From a virus: DNA of 64,000 bases. The stretch is taken from the IMG/VR virus record IMGVR_UViG_3300034095_000254, one strand, 5' to 3'. Under the pieces are notes generated by a model. That model saw only the letters and a program-made list of their open reading frames with translations. It was not told the DNA's origin and searched no databases. Shown here one piece after another: positions 46,349 to 57,034 of this stretch (its first letter is position 1; each line of letters opens with the position of its first letter). The position numbers and the translations under genes are program-made.

Positions 46349-49249
46349 TTAGTTACCTAACTTTGCTTTAAGTTCTTCGATTTGTTTTTGTTGCTCTTTA
46401 ATCGCTTCAACTAACAATGGAACAATTCGCTCGTAGTGTAGAGTCATATACTGCGGATCGATTGGAGCAGGTACAACAACTTCTGGTAGAACTGCTTGAA
46501 CTTGCTGAGCAGATAAACCGACATGTTGTTCAGATGCATCGTAACCCAATGCTACTGCAGTTTCATTTGCATGGTAATGGAAACCATCAAGAGCAAGAAC
46601 TTTCTCAAGAGCATTCTGAATATTGCCAGTACGAGTTTTTAAACGATCGTCAGAGTAGAAAGAAGTGATTGCGTTTGTAGCACGAATCTCGCCAGTAGTA
46701 CCAGATGCAGCAGTTCCAACTCCAAGAGAAGCACTTTGCGCTCCAGCACTAAGAACTACAGAAGTACCAGTTGCTGCGCCAATTACTGGAGTGACTAGAG
46801 TTGGAGTATTTGCAAATACTAATGCACCAGTACCTGTCTCATCTGTAATAGCAGAAATAAGGTTAGCAGAAGATGGTGTAGCCAAGAAAGTAGCAACACC
46901 AGTACCTAATCCAGAAACACCAGTAGAAATTGGTAGATCAGTACAGCTGGTAAGAGTACCAGAACTAGGTGTTCCAAGAACTGGAGTAGTTAGCGTTGGG
47001 CTAGTTAATGTTTTATTAGTAAATGTTTCAGTACCAGCAAGAGTTGCTAGAGTGCCAGTTGTTGGTAGAGTTACAGCAGTTGTGGCAGTGGCAGTTAGTG
47101 TAGTACTAAATGCACCAGCAGTTGCTAGAGTAGAACCATTAACTAAGGTCAATGTTCCAGTTGTAGTAGATACTGTTAAACCATTAATACTAGTAGCAGT
47201 TGCAGCACCAAGAGTAGGAGTTACTAATGTTGGAGAAGTTGATAGAACCATACTTCCAGTACCAGTAACAGAGTTAGATAATGCTACACCACCATATGTA
47301 AGTGCTGATGAAAGAGTTGTCGCTCCAGTAACACCAAGAGTACCAGCAACAGTAGCATTATCGTCTACAGTTAAACCACCAATTTGTAAATCTGCGTGAT
47401 CGTACGATGCATGAGTGGTATCAATAGCAGATCCTGGCTCAATTGTAAGCCCTTTGAAGATTTTAAATTTTCCACCATCAGTAGCATCACGGAACATACC
47501 TGCATGGCGATATGTTCCATCATTATAATTACCAGCCCATCCTAAATCTGGATTAGTAACAGTTGAACCTTCATTAAGATAAATTAAGTTATCTTCAATA
47601 GCAAGGTTTGTTGCATTAATAGTAGTTGTTGTGCCATTAACAGTAAAATCACCATCAATAACAATATTACCATCAACTTCTATGTTTGTTCCAACATGAA
47701 GTTTCTTAGCAACAGAAAGACCACCACTTAATACAACTGCAGCAGTACCAAGAGCAGTTGCGTCTGTTGTATCTGTTAATGAAACTATACCAGAAACACC
47801 CAATGTTCCAGCAATAGCAGTATTACCAGTAGTATCAGCAACTGTAAATTTGTCGGTGTCCATTGTAAGACCACCATTAAGAGTAGTCGCACCTGTTACA
47901 GTTAATGTAGTACCAACAGTAGCTGCGTTAGAGATAGCAGTTGTAGCATTTCTAATTGTTGTAGTTCCAGATCCATTGGCACCAATTGTTATTGATGTAC
48001 CAGCACCAAAAGCATTAACAGTAGTGGCAGTTGCATTGAATACATTCTGAGTAGTTTGTGTTCCAACTAAAGTTCCAGTATAATCTTTAAGGTTTGTTCT
48101 ATTCCACTGACCAATTTGAGTGGCTGCAGTTCCTGCGCTATCTTCAGCGTAGAAATCTAAGTCGCCATTTGATGCGCCAGCAGATGTTTCTGCTTGAATG
48201 AAAGTAAACCCATCAACAGACTTAACACCACCAAGAGATGACCATGCACTAGATGAATAACCCTCAAATGTAGATTGAGTGGTATTGTAACGAATCATAC
48301 CATTTGCTGCTACATATGGTCGTTGAGCAGTAGTTCCAGTTGGTACTTGTAAGAAACCAAAAGTAGTAATAGAAGTAATAGTACCAGCAGTTGGTATTGT
48401 TCCACCAGTGACTGTTACAGTAATGCTTGTTCCAGAGACAATGCTTGCCACTAATACGCTAGTAGGAGAACCTCCAAAAAGAGATCCAGTACCAGCAGTT
48501 GCTGTAATATTTTGCCCAACCATAATACCAGTAGTTGATGATATACCAGTAATTGTTGCTGTCCATGGACCAGTACCAGTTATAGTAGAACCAACTGTTC
48601 CACCACCATGACTTCCATTACCCATTGTTATAGATCTAACCCCAGCAAACGAAGTTGATGTATCACCAACTTGCACAGCAGTTGAACCAATAGTTAAAGC
48701 AGAAGTAACCCAAGCAGGAGCAGTAGAAGCACCAGTAGAACGAAGAATAAATCCTGAATCTCCTGGAGCAATAAAGTCAGTGTCATTTGTATCTGCTTGA
48801 TAAACTAGATAACCAGCAGAACCACCTGCAATATTAGTGGCAGTAGTAGCAGTAGTGGCAGTACCAGTAGAAAGAGAAGAAGCACTAACCCAAGTTGGAC
48901 CACTTGTTCCACCAGAAGTTAAAACTTGACCAGAAGTACCAGCCAATGATAGAGCCATTGCTGAACCAGTAGAGTAAACAACAGCACCTGCAACACCAGT
49001 AAGAGCAGCACCAGTTCCACCATAACCTAAACCAATAGCAGTACCATTCCACACGGAACTGGTAGACATTGTTTTATTGGTAAATGTTTGAGTAGCTGTA
49101 AGAGTTGGAACTTGTTTACCACCTGCAGTTGTACCATCATGTATTCGAATAGTGTATACATCGGTATCAATTGTAAGTTCACCCTGTGCGCCAGTGAACG
49201 CATTATTTTGTGAGGTAGTTCCTCGTCTAAACTGTACTTGGGTTGCCAT
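46349..49249 (-). CDS. Tail fibre protein with C-terminal intramolecular chaperone (peptidase S74)
   Basis: MATQVQFRRGT N-terminus; Thr/Gly-rich repeats; SDDRLK...GLSAQQV...YERIVPLLVEAIKE. Confidence 0.88.
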   Translation of the reverse strand: MATQVQFRRGTTSQNNAFTGAQGELTIDTDVYTIRIHDGTTAGGKQVPTLTATQTFTNKTMSTSSVWNGTAIGLGYGGTGAALTGVAGAVVYSTGSAMALSLAGTSGQVLTSGGTSGPTWVSASSLSTGTATTATTATNIAGGSAGYLVYQADTNDTDFIAPGDSGFILRSTGASTAPAWVTSALTIGSTAVQVGDTSTSFAGVRSITMGNGSHGGGTVGSTITGTGPWTATITGISSTTGIMVGQNITATAGTGSLFGGSPTSVLVASIVSGTSITVTVTGGTIPTAGTITSITTFGFLQVPTGTTAQRPYVAANGMIRYNTTQSTFEGYSSSAWSSLGGVKSVDGFTFIQAETSAGASNGDLDFYAEDSAGTAATQIGQWNRTNLKDYTGTLVGTQTTQNVFNATATTVNAFGAGTSITIGANGSGTTTIRNATTAISNAATVGTTLTVTGATTLNGGLTMDTDKFTVADTTGNTAIAGTLGVSGIVSLTDTTDATALGTAAVVLSGGLSVAKKLHVGTNIEVDGNIVIDGDFTVNGTTTTINATNLAIEDNLIYLNEGSTVTNPDLGWAGNYNDGTYRHAGMFRDATDGGKFKIFKGLTIEPGSAIDTTHASYDHADLQIGGLTVDDNATVAGTLGVTGATTLSSALTYGGVALSNSVTGTGSMVLSTSPTLVTPTLGAATATSINGLTVSTTTGTLTLVNGSTLATAGAFSTTLTATATTAVTLPTTGTLATLAGTETFTNKTLTSPTLTTPVLGTPSSGTLTSCTDLPISTGVSGLGTGVATFLATPSSANLISAITDETGTGALVFANTPTLVTPVIGAATGTSVVLSAGAQSASLGVGTAASGTTGEIRATNAITSFYSDDRLKTRTGNIQNALEKVLALDGFHYHANETAVALGYDASEQHVGLSAQQVQAVLPEVVVPAPIDPQYMTLHYERIVPLLVEAIKEQQKQIEELKAKLGN

Positions 49250-49275
49250 TTAAAAATTCCTCTATTTTTGTATAT

Positions 49276-52146
49276 TTATGCTTGTGCTTCTGACCAGAAT
49301 AAGTTCACATTGACAGTTGCTGTAGATGAAGATAGATTTTTAACTACGATTGCTAACACATCTGGACCATCTGGGAAGTTACCATATCCACCAATTGCTG
49401 AGTTTGATAGTTCTTTCAAACTAGACAAATCAATTTCAGCAAAACCATTCGGCTGACCCAGTGTTGAGAAAATCTGTTCACCTGGAGTTGCAGTAGTTGT
49501 AACAGTAGTTGATACCTGAGCAAAGGAAGGTTGAGATCCTAATGCTGTTGTATTAACAGACTGCCATGTTAAATCTGTGGAAGAATCAATATTTCCTGGA
49601 TTTAAAATGCCATAAACCTGTACTGCTTGGTCAGATTGAACTTGTAATTTTTGTAGTAATAACTGAGAACGATTTAATAAATCTCTATCTCCGAGAGTTC
49701 CAGAAATTGAATTTGATACCGATGGTGCCAATCTAATGAAGAAAACAGATTTAGACTGAGTAGAAGTTAATGAATTACTCAATGCTGGATACGAGAAGTA
49801 GTAACCACGATCTGTATCGAAACCACCATCCATAATATAAGATGAACCCCAGTGGTTTAGAGTAGGTGCAGCAGTACAACTAATAAGAATAACAGAAGTA
49901 TGTCCATTACCTGCTGCATGACTTGCTGCAGCACCACCAGTAAATGTTCTATTAACACCACCAAGGAATTGTATAAAAGACGCACTACGAGTGCAACCAG
50001 TTAAAGTGTTTGCGCCAGTATTAACTCCAGTAAATGTTATACATTCATTTTCAATCAGAACAGTACCACCATTAACTGGGAATCTAGAAACATTAGTTAC
50101 TGGAATAGTAGTGACAGAATCATTAATAGAAGAAGCCAGTTCTCCGATTACGGATTCATTAATAGTTTGATAACGAACTGCAGTATTACCTGAACGCATG
50201 TATGCTTCATCGTTAATGTTATTTTGTTTCATGCGATGTGCAAGAATCATATTACCATCTGAACCACGACACATAAAGTCAATAAAACCAGCACCATACC
50301 ATGAGAACGAAATTCCCATCATTTGCATTTTATTCAGATTAATATTGTAACCTGAAATACCAGTTCCATCTAAAGCGTCAATATTAAATTGAGATTGTGG
50401 AATACGATAGTCAATAACAGTGGCTAACTTAATACCAGTTGAACCATTAACACCACGATAGGCAGGATTAATTGTCATGTTGTTATCGTCTGCAATAGAA
50501 CCTACCATGTAAGTCATGCCACGAATAACGATTCGATCACCAGCCTTTAACTGTTGGGTGAAACGACCAGATGTAGCAACAACTGCTTGAGATCCTGGAG
50601 TAACAGTGCAGAAACCAGAAATTTGATATGTGGCAGATCGTTTAACAACTGCCAATTCTTTTCCATCGAATTCCCAGAACAATCCGTTTTGATCATCGAA
50701 TGCACCCATACGAACAGATGCTCCGTGCCAAGTTTTAAGAGTGACACGAGGTAAATTTGTAACAACTGCAGAAGCTGCACCAAGAGTAACTGCTGCAACT
50801 ACAGTAAATGTATTCTCGCTGGTAACAGTATTAATACCATATGTTCCATTATATCCTGATGTAACGACACCAGAAATTTCAACAGTGGCACCAACTTGAA
50901 GACCATGGTCTAATTCAGTTGTAACAGTAATAAGAGAACCTGCACCAGTTGCTGCAGCAGAAATTTGGTCAAGGTTCATAACAGGGTTAAACAAAACACC
51001 TGAAGTCCAAAGTACACCTTTACCTGATTGGTAACGCATGTATTTTTTAGTTTGACGAGAAATTGATGCTCCATGTGAAGGTAAAAAGTTACCTAACTGA
51101 ACACCACCATCGAATGGTCTGTGGATAACGAATGCGTCAGAACGAGTATACATTGTCGTGGTAATTGAGCTGTTTGCAACTGCTCCACCAACACGAGCAG
51201 TAAATGTAAATGTTGTTGCGGATGGAACTGACTCCGCAAAGAAGTTACCTGTTAGTAATCCATGATTAGATCCCGCAGAAGATGCAATACCAACTAATGG
51301 AGCACCTGGAACTAAACCATGATTGGCAGAACAAGTGACAGTAATTACTGAAGGATTGGCTGCATTTGAAGAAACAGAAGTAATTGGTAAATCAGAACCT
51401 TCATAGAAACCACCACGACGACCATATGTTGAACCACCATAAATTGATAGTGCGTTTGTTCCTACGATACCTTTAGCAAAATATGTAAATGTAGTGCTGG
51501 TAGGTACAGAAGCAATAACGAAAGCACCTTCTGCTCGAGCATAGTTAGCAGTACCAGTTAAACCAAACAGAATAACTGGATCTGCCACGGACAATCCGTG
51601 TGGTGCAGAAGTAGTTACAGTAATTGTTGAAGGTGATGCACCATTAGTAGTAACATCAGAAAGGAATAAGTCCAATCCTGGCTTTTCATAAATTCCTGGA
51701 ATGTTTCTAATCTCGGCATAGTTCTGCCATTTAGTAGGCTGCAATCCATATTCAAAGTCAGCATCAATTAGCGACTGAGGATTGGCAACACGCATTCTTT
51801 CAATAGCGTCAACACCCATAAAATATGGACGAACAATATTACCGATGTTTTTTGGTGCGTCAGTATAGATAGCAATCTTGTCATTGGCTGACATTGTTGA
51901 AGTATCATATGTAAATGTTACAGTAGTAACACCTTGTTGTTCTGTGTAGAAACCAGCATCTTCAGAAGCACTATAAACAACAGTACCCCCACGAGTTGGG
52001 TCACCAATAGCGTAAATATTATTTTGCGAAGTTTTATTTGCAACAATCAATAGTTGAGTTGCATCAACCTTTCCAGGAAATTTTACATATCCTGAATTAG
52101 CAACATTCGGAGAGAAAATATATTTTTCAACTAATTGGCGAGCCAT
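49276..52146 (-). CDS. Large virion structural protein with repeated TVTT..HGL beta domains
   Basis: Three TVT(T/C)xxxHGL repeats; SLIDADFEYGLQPTKW; RYQSGKG. Confidence 0.75.
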   Translation of the reverse strand: MARQLVEKYIFSPNVANSGYVKFPGKVDATQLLIVANKTSQNNIYAIGDPTRGGTVVYSASEDAGFYTEQQGVTTVTFTYDTSTMSANDKIAIYTDAPKNIGNIVRPYFMGVDAIERMRVANPQSLIDADFEYGLQPTKWQNYAEIRNIPGIYEKPGLDLFLSDVTTNGASPSTITVTTSAPHGLSVADPVILFGLTGTANYARAEGAFVIASVPTSTTFTYFAKGIVGTNALSIYGGSTYGRRGGFYEGSDLPITSVSSNAANPSVITVTCSANHGLVPGAPLVGIASSAGSNHGLLTGNFFAESVPSATTFTFTARVGGAVANSSITTTMYTRSDAFVIHRPFDGGVQLGNFLPSHGASISRQTKKYMRYQSGKGVLWTSGVLFNPVMNLDQISAAATGAGSLITVTTELDHGLQVGATVEISGVVTSGYNGTYGINTVTSENTFTVVAAVTLGAASAVVTNLPRVTLKTWHGASVRMGAFDDQNGLFWEFDGKELAVVKRSATYQISGFCTVTPGSQAVVATSGRFTQQLKAGDRIVIRGMTYMVGSIADDNNMTINPAYRGVNGSTGIKLATVIDYRIPQSQFNIDALDGTGISGYNINLNKMQMMGISFSWYGAGFIDFMCRGSDGNMILAHRMKQNNINDEAYMRSGNTAVRYQTINESVIGELASSINDSVTTIPVTNVSRFPVNGGTVLIENECITFTGVNTGANTLTGCTRSASFIQFLGGVNRTFTGGAAASHAAGNGHTSVILISCTAAPTLNHWGSSYIMDGGFDTDRGYYFSYPALSNSLTSTQSKSVFFIRLAPSVSNSISGTLGDRDLLNRSQLLLQKLQVQSDQAVQVYGILNPGNIDSSTDLTWQSVNTTALGSQPSFAQVSTTVTTTATPGEQIFSTLGQPNGFAEIDLSSLKELSNSAIGGYGNFPDGPDVLAIVVKNLSSSTATVNVNLFWSEAQA

Positions 52147-52155
52147 TTTATTCCT

Positions 52156-52779
52156 TTAGAATCCAAAAATAATCGAGTAGCCGATATAGTCAGCTTTAAC
52201 CGATTGATCAATATTTGATAACGAAACGATACCATCAAGTTTTAATTGACCCATATCGTAGATAAGAGAAGCAACATCAGTGATTGACCCAAGATCTTCT
52301 GTTGCAGAAAGAATTAAATCTGTAACAGACCCTAGATCTGATTGTGCATTTGTTGCAAATACAGCAGAAGCAATAACTGCATCAGATGCAGCATTAATCC
52401 AAGCAGAGCCAGAAAATTTAAGAACTTGTCCTGTTGTGGCAGAACTAATAGTCACATCTGTTAAACTGTCTAGTGTGGAAACATCTTTAGTTATCCACTG
52501 AAGACCAGATCCTGTTGATGCCAGAACTTGTCCATTAGTACCTACACCACCACCAGCAGTTAGTGTGCCAGTAATTACAGGAGATGCTAGGGTTTTATTT
52601 GAGAGGGTTTGTGTGCCAGCTAATGTGGCAACAGTAACAATGGAAGCAGTTCCACTGTCTTTTTTGAAGAATAGGTTACCATCGTATGTGTTGAGTGCTA
52701 ACTCTCCAAGCGCAAGATCGCCTGTGGTTGGATTTCTGCCTGTAACGGCACTTCGTTTGAGAACGACTGTGTTAGCCAT
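52156..52779 (-). CDS. Short tail-fibre-like structural protein
   Basis: LKRS...GELALN N-terminus; TQTLSNKTL, LTDVTI, GQVL repeats. Confidence 0.7.
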   Translation of the reverse strand: MANTVVLKRSAVTGRNPTTGDLALGELALNTYDGNLFFKKDSGTASIVTVATLAGTQTLSNKTLASPVITGTLTAGGGVGTNGQVLASTGSGLQWITKDVSTLDSLTDVTISSATTGQVLKFSGSAWINAASDAVIASAVFATNAQSDLGSVTDLILSATEDLGSITDVASLIYDMGQLKLDGIVSLSNIDQSVKADYIGYSIIFGF

Positions 52780-52858
52780 AATAACCTATTCTATGTAGAA
52801 TTAAAACAACCAGTATATACTGGGGTGGGAATTACACCCACCAAGTATTTAGTTCACT

Positions 52859-55606
52859 TTAATAAGTGCCACCATCAATCTGGAATCCATCCAGAGTTGA
52901 AGTTCCTGCACCAGCACCAGTAATATTAATACCAACAAACATTGACTTAGCAACAGATAAACCACCAGACAATACAGCTGCAGCAGTACCAAGAGCAGAA
53001 GCATCAGTAGTAGCAGTAAAGGTTACTGCACCAGAAGCTGCAAGAGTTGTAAACGCACCAGTATTTGCAGTAGAAGCACCGATTGGAGTATTGTTAATAC
53101 TACCAGTAGTAATTACTGCACCAGTGATTGTTTTATTAGTTAGTGTATCAGTAGTGGCACGACCAACTAAAGTATCAGTTGAAGATGGTAGTGTTAATGT
53201 ACCACTATTAACGATTGTTGCAATAACTGGAGCAGTTAGAGTCTTGTTAGTAAATGTTTCAGTACCAGCCAGTGTAGCAAGAGTGCCAGTTACTGGAAGT
53301 GTTAATGTAGTATTTGCAGTTGTAGTTAGTGTAGTAGTATGTGCACCAGAAGTAGTAAGATTACCACCAATAGTGATTGTCTTACCAGTGTTAGCAACAC
53401 CAGTACCACCATATGCGCCATCAATTACTGAACCTTGCCAAGTACCAGTACCGATAGTACCAAGAGTAGTGATGGTTGATTGACCAACATAAGTTGATGC
53501 AATATCTACCGCATCTGCACTAATAGTAATTCTGTTAGTAGTACCAACAACATTTAGTGTATTACCAGTCTTTGTTAAACCATCACCAGCGATAACAGAA
53601 CCAGCACCAGAGAATTGAACAAAGGTAATTGCAGTAGTACCAACAGTAATAGCACCAACATTGGTACATACATAACCATTGTTTCCACCAACAGTACCTT
53701 CTTCAACGAAAGTAAATGCACCTGGAGTAATTTCACTGTCTTCATCAGCATCAACTGTACGAGTTAATACCCAATTTGCAGAAGCAGTACCAACAGTGGT
53801 AACTTTATAGAAACCATTTTGCAGAGCAGTTGTTTGGTCTTTAACAAGAACACGCTCGCCAACAACTAGAACTCTACTATCAATAGTAATTGCAGCTTGA
53901 GTACCAGAGTTAGTAAGAGTCGCACCAACACCAGAAGTTCCATTATTATAAGTTGCAGTTAGGTTAGCAGTTGTAGTAACGATAACTGAATCTTTAACAT
54001 CAAGACCAGTTTTTACAGCATCAACATAGTTCTTAGTTGCTGCATCGCTAGACTGAGTAGGTTCAGCAACAGAAGTAATTCTCTTATTGGCAACATCAAC
54101 AGAACCTGTTCCAGTTGGAACTAGATTAACACTGTTATTACCAGATGCAGCACCAACAGTCATATTGCCAGAAGTGGCAGTAACGCTAGTTGCTAAAGCA
54201 GCACCAAGAGTTGGAGTTACTAGAGTTGGGCTACTAGCAAATACTAAAGCACCAGAACCAGTCTCATCAGAGATAACACCAGCAAGTTCTGAAGAAGAAG
54301 TTGCGGCAAATGCACTTAGTTTGTTTGCTACATAAGCAACAGTACCACCTGCACTGAATGCCACAGAAGAAGTATCTGTACCAGTGAATGTTAAAGTATT
54401 GCTTGCAGTAAGAGTTTTACCATCAGCGATAGTTAAAGTAGAACCAGTGGCTGGAGTAGTAAGAGTAACTTTGTTAATACTTGTGGCAGTGGCAACACCT
54501 AATACTGGAGTAACAAGAGTTGGAGTATTAGAGAATACAACAACACCAGTACCAGTTTCATCGGAGATGGCAGTTGCCAACTGAGCAGAAGTAGTAGTTA
54601 GTGTATTGTTTGCTAAGTTGATAGACTTGTTAGTAAGTGTATCAGTAGTGGCACGACCAACTAGCGTATCTGTTGCAGCAGGTAGAGTTAAAGAGTTTGA
54701 CCCAGCAATCGCAGTTGCAAGGACAGTGATTGTACCAGAAGTAGAACCATTAAATGTAGCACCTGTTGCGCCAATAGTTGGGCTGTTAATTGCTGGGCTA
54801 GTTAGAGTCTTATTTGTAAGAGTCTGAGTGCCATCAAGAGTAGCAACAGTGTTATCAATACTAAAGTCAACTGTATTAGTTGCTGAAGTTACTGTTGAAG
54901 TAATACCAGTTCCACCAGCAAAGGTGATAGTATCAGTCGCAAGAGCGATAGTATCTGTACCAGTGTCACCAGCGATGCCAAGAGAAGTAGTAATTGAAGC
55001 AGTAGAAGCTGCAGTCAAACGACCTTGTGCGTCAACAGTGAAAGTAGGAATTGCAGTGGCAGAACCGTAACTACCTGCAGTAACTGCAGTATTAATTAAA
55101 GCAATTGTAGAAGTATTACCACCATCTGAGTTAGTAACACTAATTTGACTTGCAGTACCAGTTACCGCACCACCAACTGTATCATAGATAAACTCTGCGA
55201 GACTGTCTGTAGTTCCGTTAATATAAACATTATTAAGAACTAATTTACCAGTGCCATTTGGTGTAAGAGTAATGTTACCGTTGGTATCAGTAGAAGAGAT
55301 TGTGTTACCATTTAAGTCGAGATTATCAACTTTAAGGTTATCTAATTTACTTGATGCATCAACAATAAGACCAGATGACGCAGTTAGCGTACCTGGAGTA
55401 TGATCTAACATATCGGTAAAATACTTACCACCGATAACAAAGTGATTTACAGCATTACCTGAGGTTTCTGCACCTACACCAATGTAAAGTCTGTCACCAC
55501 CATTTGAACCATTATCTGTTAAGGCTGAATACGCTAATTCACCAGTGCCCAGCGTTGCTGGATTACCTGTTACTGACGAACGCTTTATGCGAATAATAGA
55601 TGCCAT
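52859..55606 (-). CDS. Long tail fibre protein
   Basis: IRIKRS..GELAY; TLTNKTL repeats; DAATKNYVD; GERVLVKDQT..QNGFY fibre domain. Confidence 0.85.
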   Translation of the reverse strand: MASIIRIKRSSVTGNPATLGTGELAYSALTDNGSNGGDRLYIGVGAETSGNAVNHFVIGGKYFTDMLDHTPGTLTASSGLIVDASSKLDNLKVDNLDLNGNTISSTDTNGNITLTPNGTGKLVLNNVYINGTTDSLAEFIYDTVGGAVTGTASQISVTNSDGGNTSTIALINTAVTAGSYGSATAIPTFTVDAQGRLTAASTASITTSLGIAGDTGTDTIALATDTITFAGGTGITSTVTSATNTVDFSIDNTVATLDGTQTLTNKTLTSPAINSPTIGATGATFNGSTSGTITVLATAIAGSNSLTLPAATDTLVGRATTDTLTNKSINLANNTLTTTSAQLATAISDETGTGVVVFSNTPTLVTPVLGVATATSINKVTLTTPATGSTLTIADGKTLTASNTLTFTGTDTSSVAFSAGGTVAYVANKLSAFAATSSSELAGVISDETGSGALVFASSPTLVTPTLGAALATSVTATSGNMTVGAASGNNSVNLVPTGTGSVDVANKRITSVAEPTQSSDAATKNYVDAVKTGLDVKDSVIVTTTANLTATYNNGTSGVGATLTNSGTQAAITIDSRVLVVGERVLVKDQTTALQNGFYKVTTVGTASANWVLTRTVDADEDSEITPGAFTFVEEGTVGGNNGYVCTNVGAITVGTTAITFVQFSGAGSVIAGDGLTKTGNTLNVVGTTNRITISADAVDIASTYVGQSTITTLGTIGTGTWQGSVIDGAYGGTGVANTGKTITIGGNLTTSGAHTTTLTTTANTTLTLPVTGTLATLAGTETFTNKTLTAPVIATIVNSGTLTLPSSTDTLVGRATTDTLTNKTITGAVITTGSINNTPIGASTANTGAFTTLAASGAVTFTATTDASALGTAAAVLSGGLSVAKSMFVGINITGAGAGTSTLDGFQIDGGTY

Positions 55607-55620
55607 CTTTTATTTCTCCG

Positions 55621-55869
55621 TTAAAATTCTCCACCTTCCATGTTTTGCGCATCGAGGGTGGTGGTGGATGTCCACTTGTTTGTTGTTGTTTTAAATACTA
55701 GGACTGATCCATTAATTTTAGTAGTTGTATCGACATCTGCGATATTAGAAACTGATTCTACTACGGCTGGATTAGCCAAATTGGTTGAAGTGTTGAGTAC
55801 ATATGTACCCTCCGACACCGCAACTGTTAATGCTTCATCAGGTGTTACGACTGCTGTAATTTCTGCCAT
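55621..55869 (-). CDS. Small structural protein
   Basis: Start MAEITA; ends EGGEF, similar to the DGGTY end of the neighbouring fibre. Confidence 0.65.
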   Translation of the reverse strand: MAEITAVVTPDEALTVAVSEGTYVLNTSTNLANPAVVESVSNIADVDTTTKINGSVLVFKTTTNKWTSTTTLDAQNMEGGEF

Positions 55870-55871
55870 AA

Positions 55872-56207
55872 TTATATTTGAGTGATTTGTGCGTTTACTG
55901 TAACGATCCCTTCTACCACTCTGGTTTTTGTACCAGAAGGAGAAGTAATCTCGACATCGTACAACCATCTTCCCGCAGGAATGGCTTCGGATTGACCACT
56001 TGTTAATTGTAGTCGGATTTTTCCAGTTGCAGCGTCGTAAATACTAGCTGTAAATGCATATACTGTACTAGACGAATAAGACTTCCTCATCTGGGAAGCC
56101 ACAGTGTAGCTGGTCAAAGCAAGTGCCTGACCATTAGAAGCAGTTACAGTGATGATATTACTGTATGTCGCTCCAGCGTCCACATAAAGATTGCTAATAG
56201 TTGCCAT
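55872..56207 (-). CDS. Conserved virion protein (BppU-like/baseplate-associated)
   Basis: NLYVDAGA, ASQMRKSY, GRWLYDVEI, RVVEGIVTV. Confidence 0.7.
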   Translation of the reverse strand: MATISNLYVDAGATYSNIITVTASNGQALALTSYTVASQMRKSYSSSTVYAFTASIYDAATGKIRLQLTSGQSEAIPAGRWLYDVEITSPSGTKTRVVEGIVTVNAQITQI

Positions 56208-56235
56208 TCTGGAATCCGATTAATTGTATACTTCT

Positions 56236-56243
56236 TATTTATA
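56236..56243 (-). promoter_or_regulatory. T4-type late promoter TATAAATA
   Basis: Exact T4 gp55 consensus just upstream of a structural operon. ATAAATA/CTAAATA variants also precede gp18 (~42111), gp19 (~39599), gp3 (~32967), the 49249 fibre (~49273), 52779 (~52846) and 60318 (~60347). Confidence 0.75.
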
Positions 56244-56260
56244 ATACCAGAGACTGCAAC

Positions 56261-56284
56261 AAAAAACCCTCCAAATGGAGGGTT
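56261..56284 (-). terminator. Intrinsic terminator
   Basis: AACCCTCC-attt-GGAGGGTT followed by TTTT. Confidence 0.8.
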
Positions 56285-56293
56285 GTTCTAAAC

Positions 56294-56635
56294 TTATTTT
56301 GGATACTTTTCTTTGATTTTCTTTCTAGTTTGAAACCAGTGAGAATTTTGATCAATTACCTTACCAGAATTAATCTCATGCCAAAGAGCATCAATTTGTT
56401 CTTCTGCAGAGCCATATTCTTCTTTACGGTCTCTTGCATATTGTGTTTTATTGTACTCTGCTTTATCCAATTCGATTTGGGTTTCTACCTCTTCCCATGC
56501 TGGTGGAGATGCTCCACTTTTATCATCCCATTCAATAAAATTTCTATTGTATAATGTAAATATAGAATTAGGTCTTAGCTTCTTAACAGCTTCTCCAACT
56601 CCATACATAAAATTAATCTCAGTTTGTGTTGCCAT
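56294..56635 (-). CDS. XkdW-like tail-fibre assembly/accessory protein
   Basis: AVKKLRPN..F, EW, YARDRKEEY...EQIDALW, IKEKYPK. Confidence 0.65.
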   Translation of the reverse strand: MATQTEINFMYGVGEAVKKLRPNSIFTLYNRNFIEWDDKSGASPPAWEEVETQIELDKAEYNKTQYARDRKEEYGSAEEQIDALWHEINSGKVIDQNSHWFQTRKKIKEKYPK

Positions 56636-56663
56636 AGTCTTTCTCCATTATTTAAAATAATAA

Positions 56664-57023
56664 TTAAGGTTTTAAAACCCAGTTTACAGTTTCTTCGTTC
56701 CACAAATACACTTTAGTATCAGTCGCATCGCTTGGCATAGGAATTGGTGGTTCCCATAAACAAGTGTCTTCGTTTAATACCCAAGAAGAATATAATTTAG
56801 GTGGAATAAAAGCATCTCTTTCATCGTCGTAGCTATACCCCTTACCTGCATAATTTTTTCTTAATGCAGTTCCACCTAATTTGTGTACACCACCCTGTGT
56901 ATTAATACTTGTTTGAATCCAGCGACCTGGAGAATTATCAATATAACTATCAATCCATTCTTGGTCTGCTGAAACTACATTCGTTACTATATTATTTTCG
57001 TTTACTTTTGCGTAATGTCCCAT
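56664..57023 (-). CDS. Fibre-associated small protein, paralogue B
   Basis: MGHYAKV, WIQTS, LRKNYAG, RDAFIPPK, WVLNEDTCLWEPP. Confidence 0.75.
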   Translation of the reverse strand: MGHYAKVNENNIVTNVVSADQEWIDSYIDNSPGRWIQTSINTQGGVHKLGGTALRKNYAGKGYSYDDERDAFIPPKLYSSWVLNEDTCLWEPPIPMPSDATDTKVYLWNEETVNWVLKP

Positions 57024-57034
57024 ATTATTCTCCA

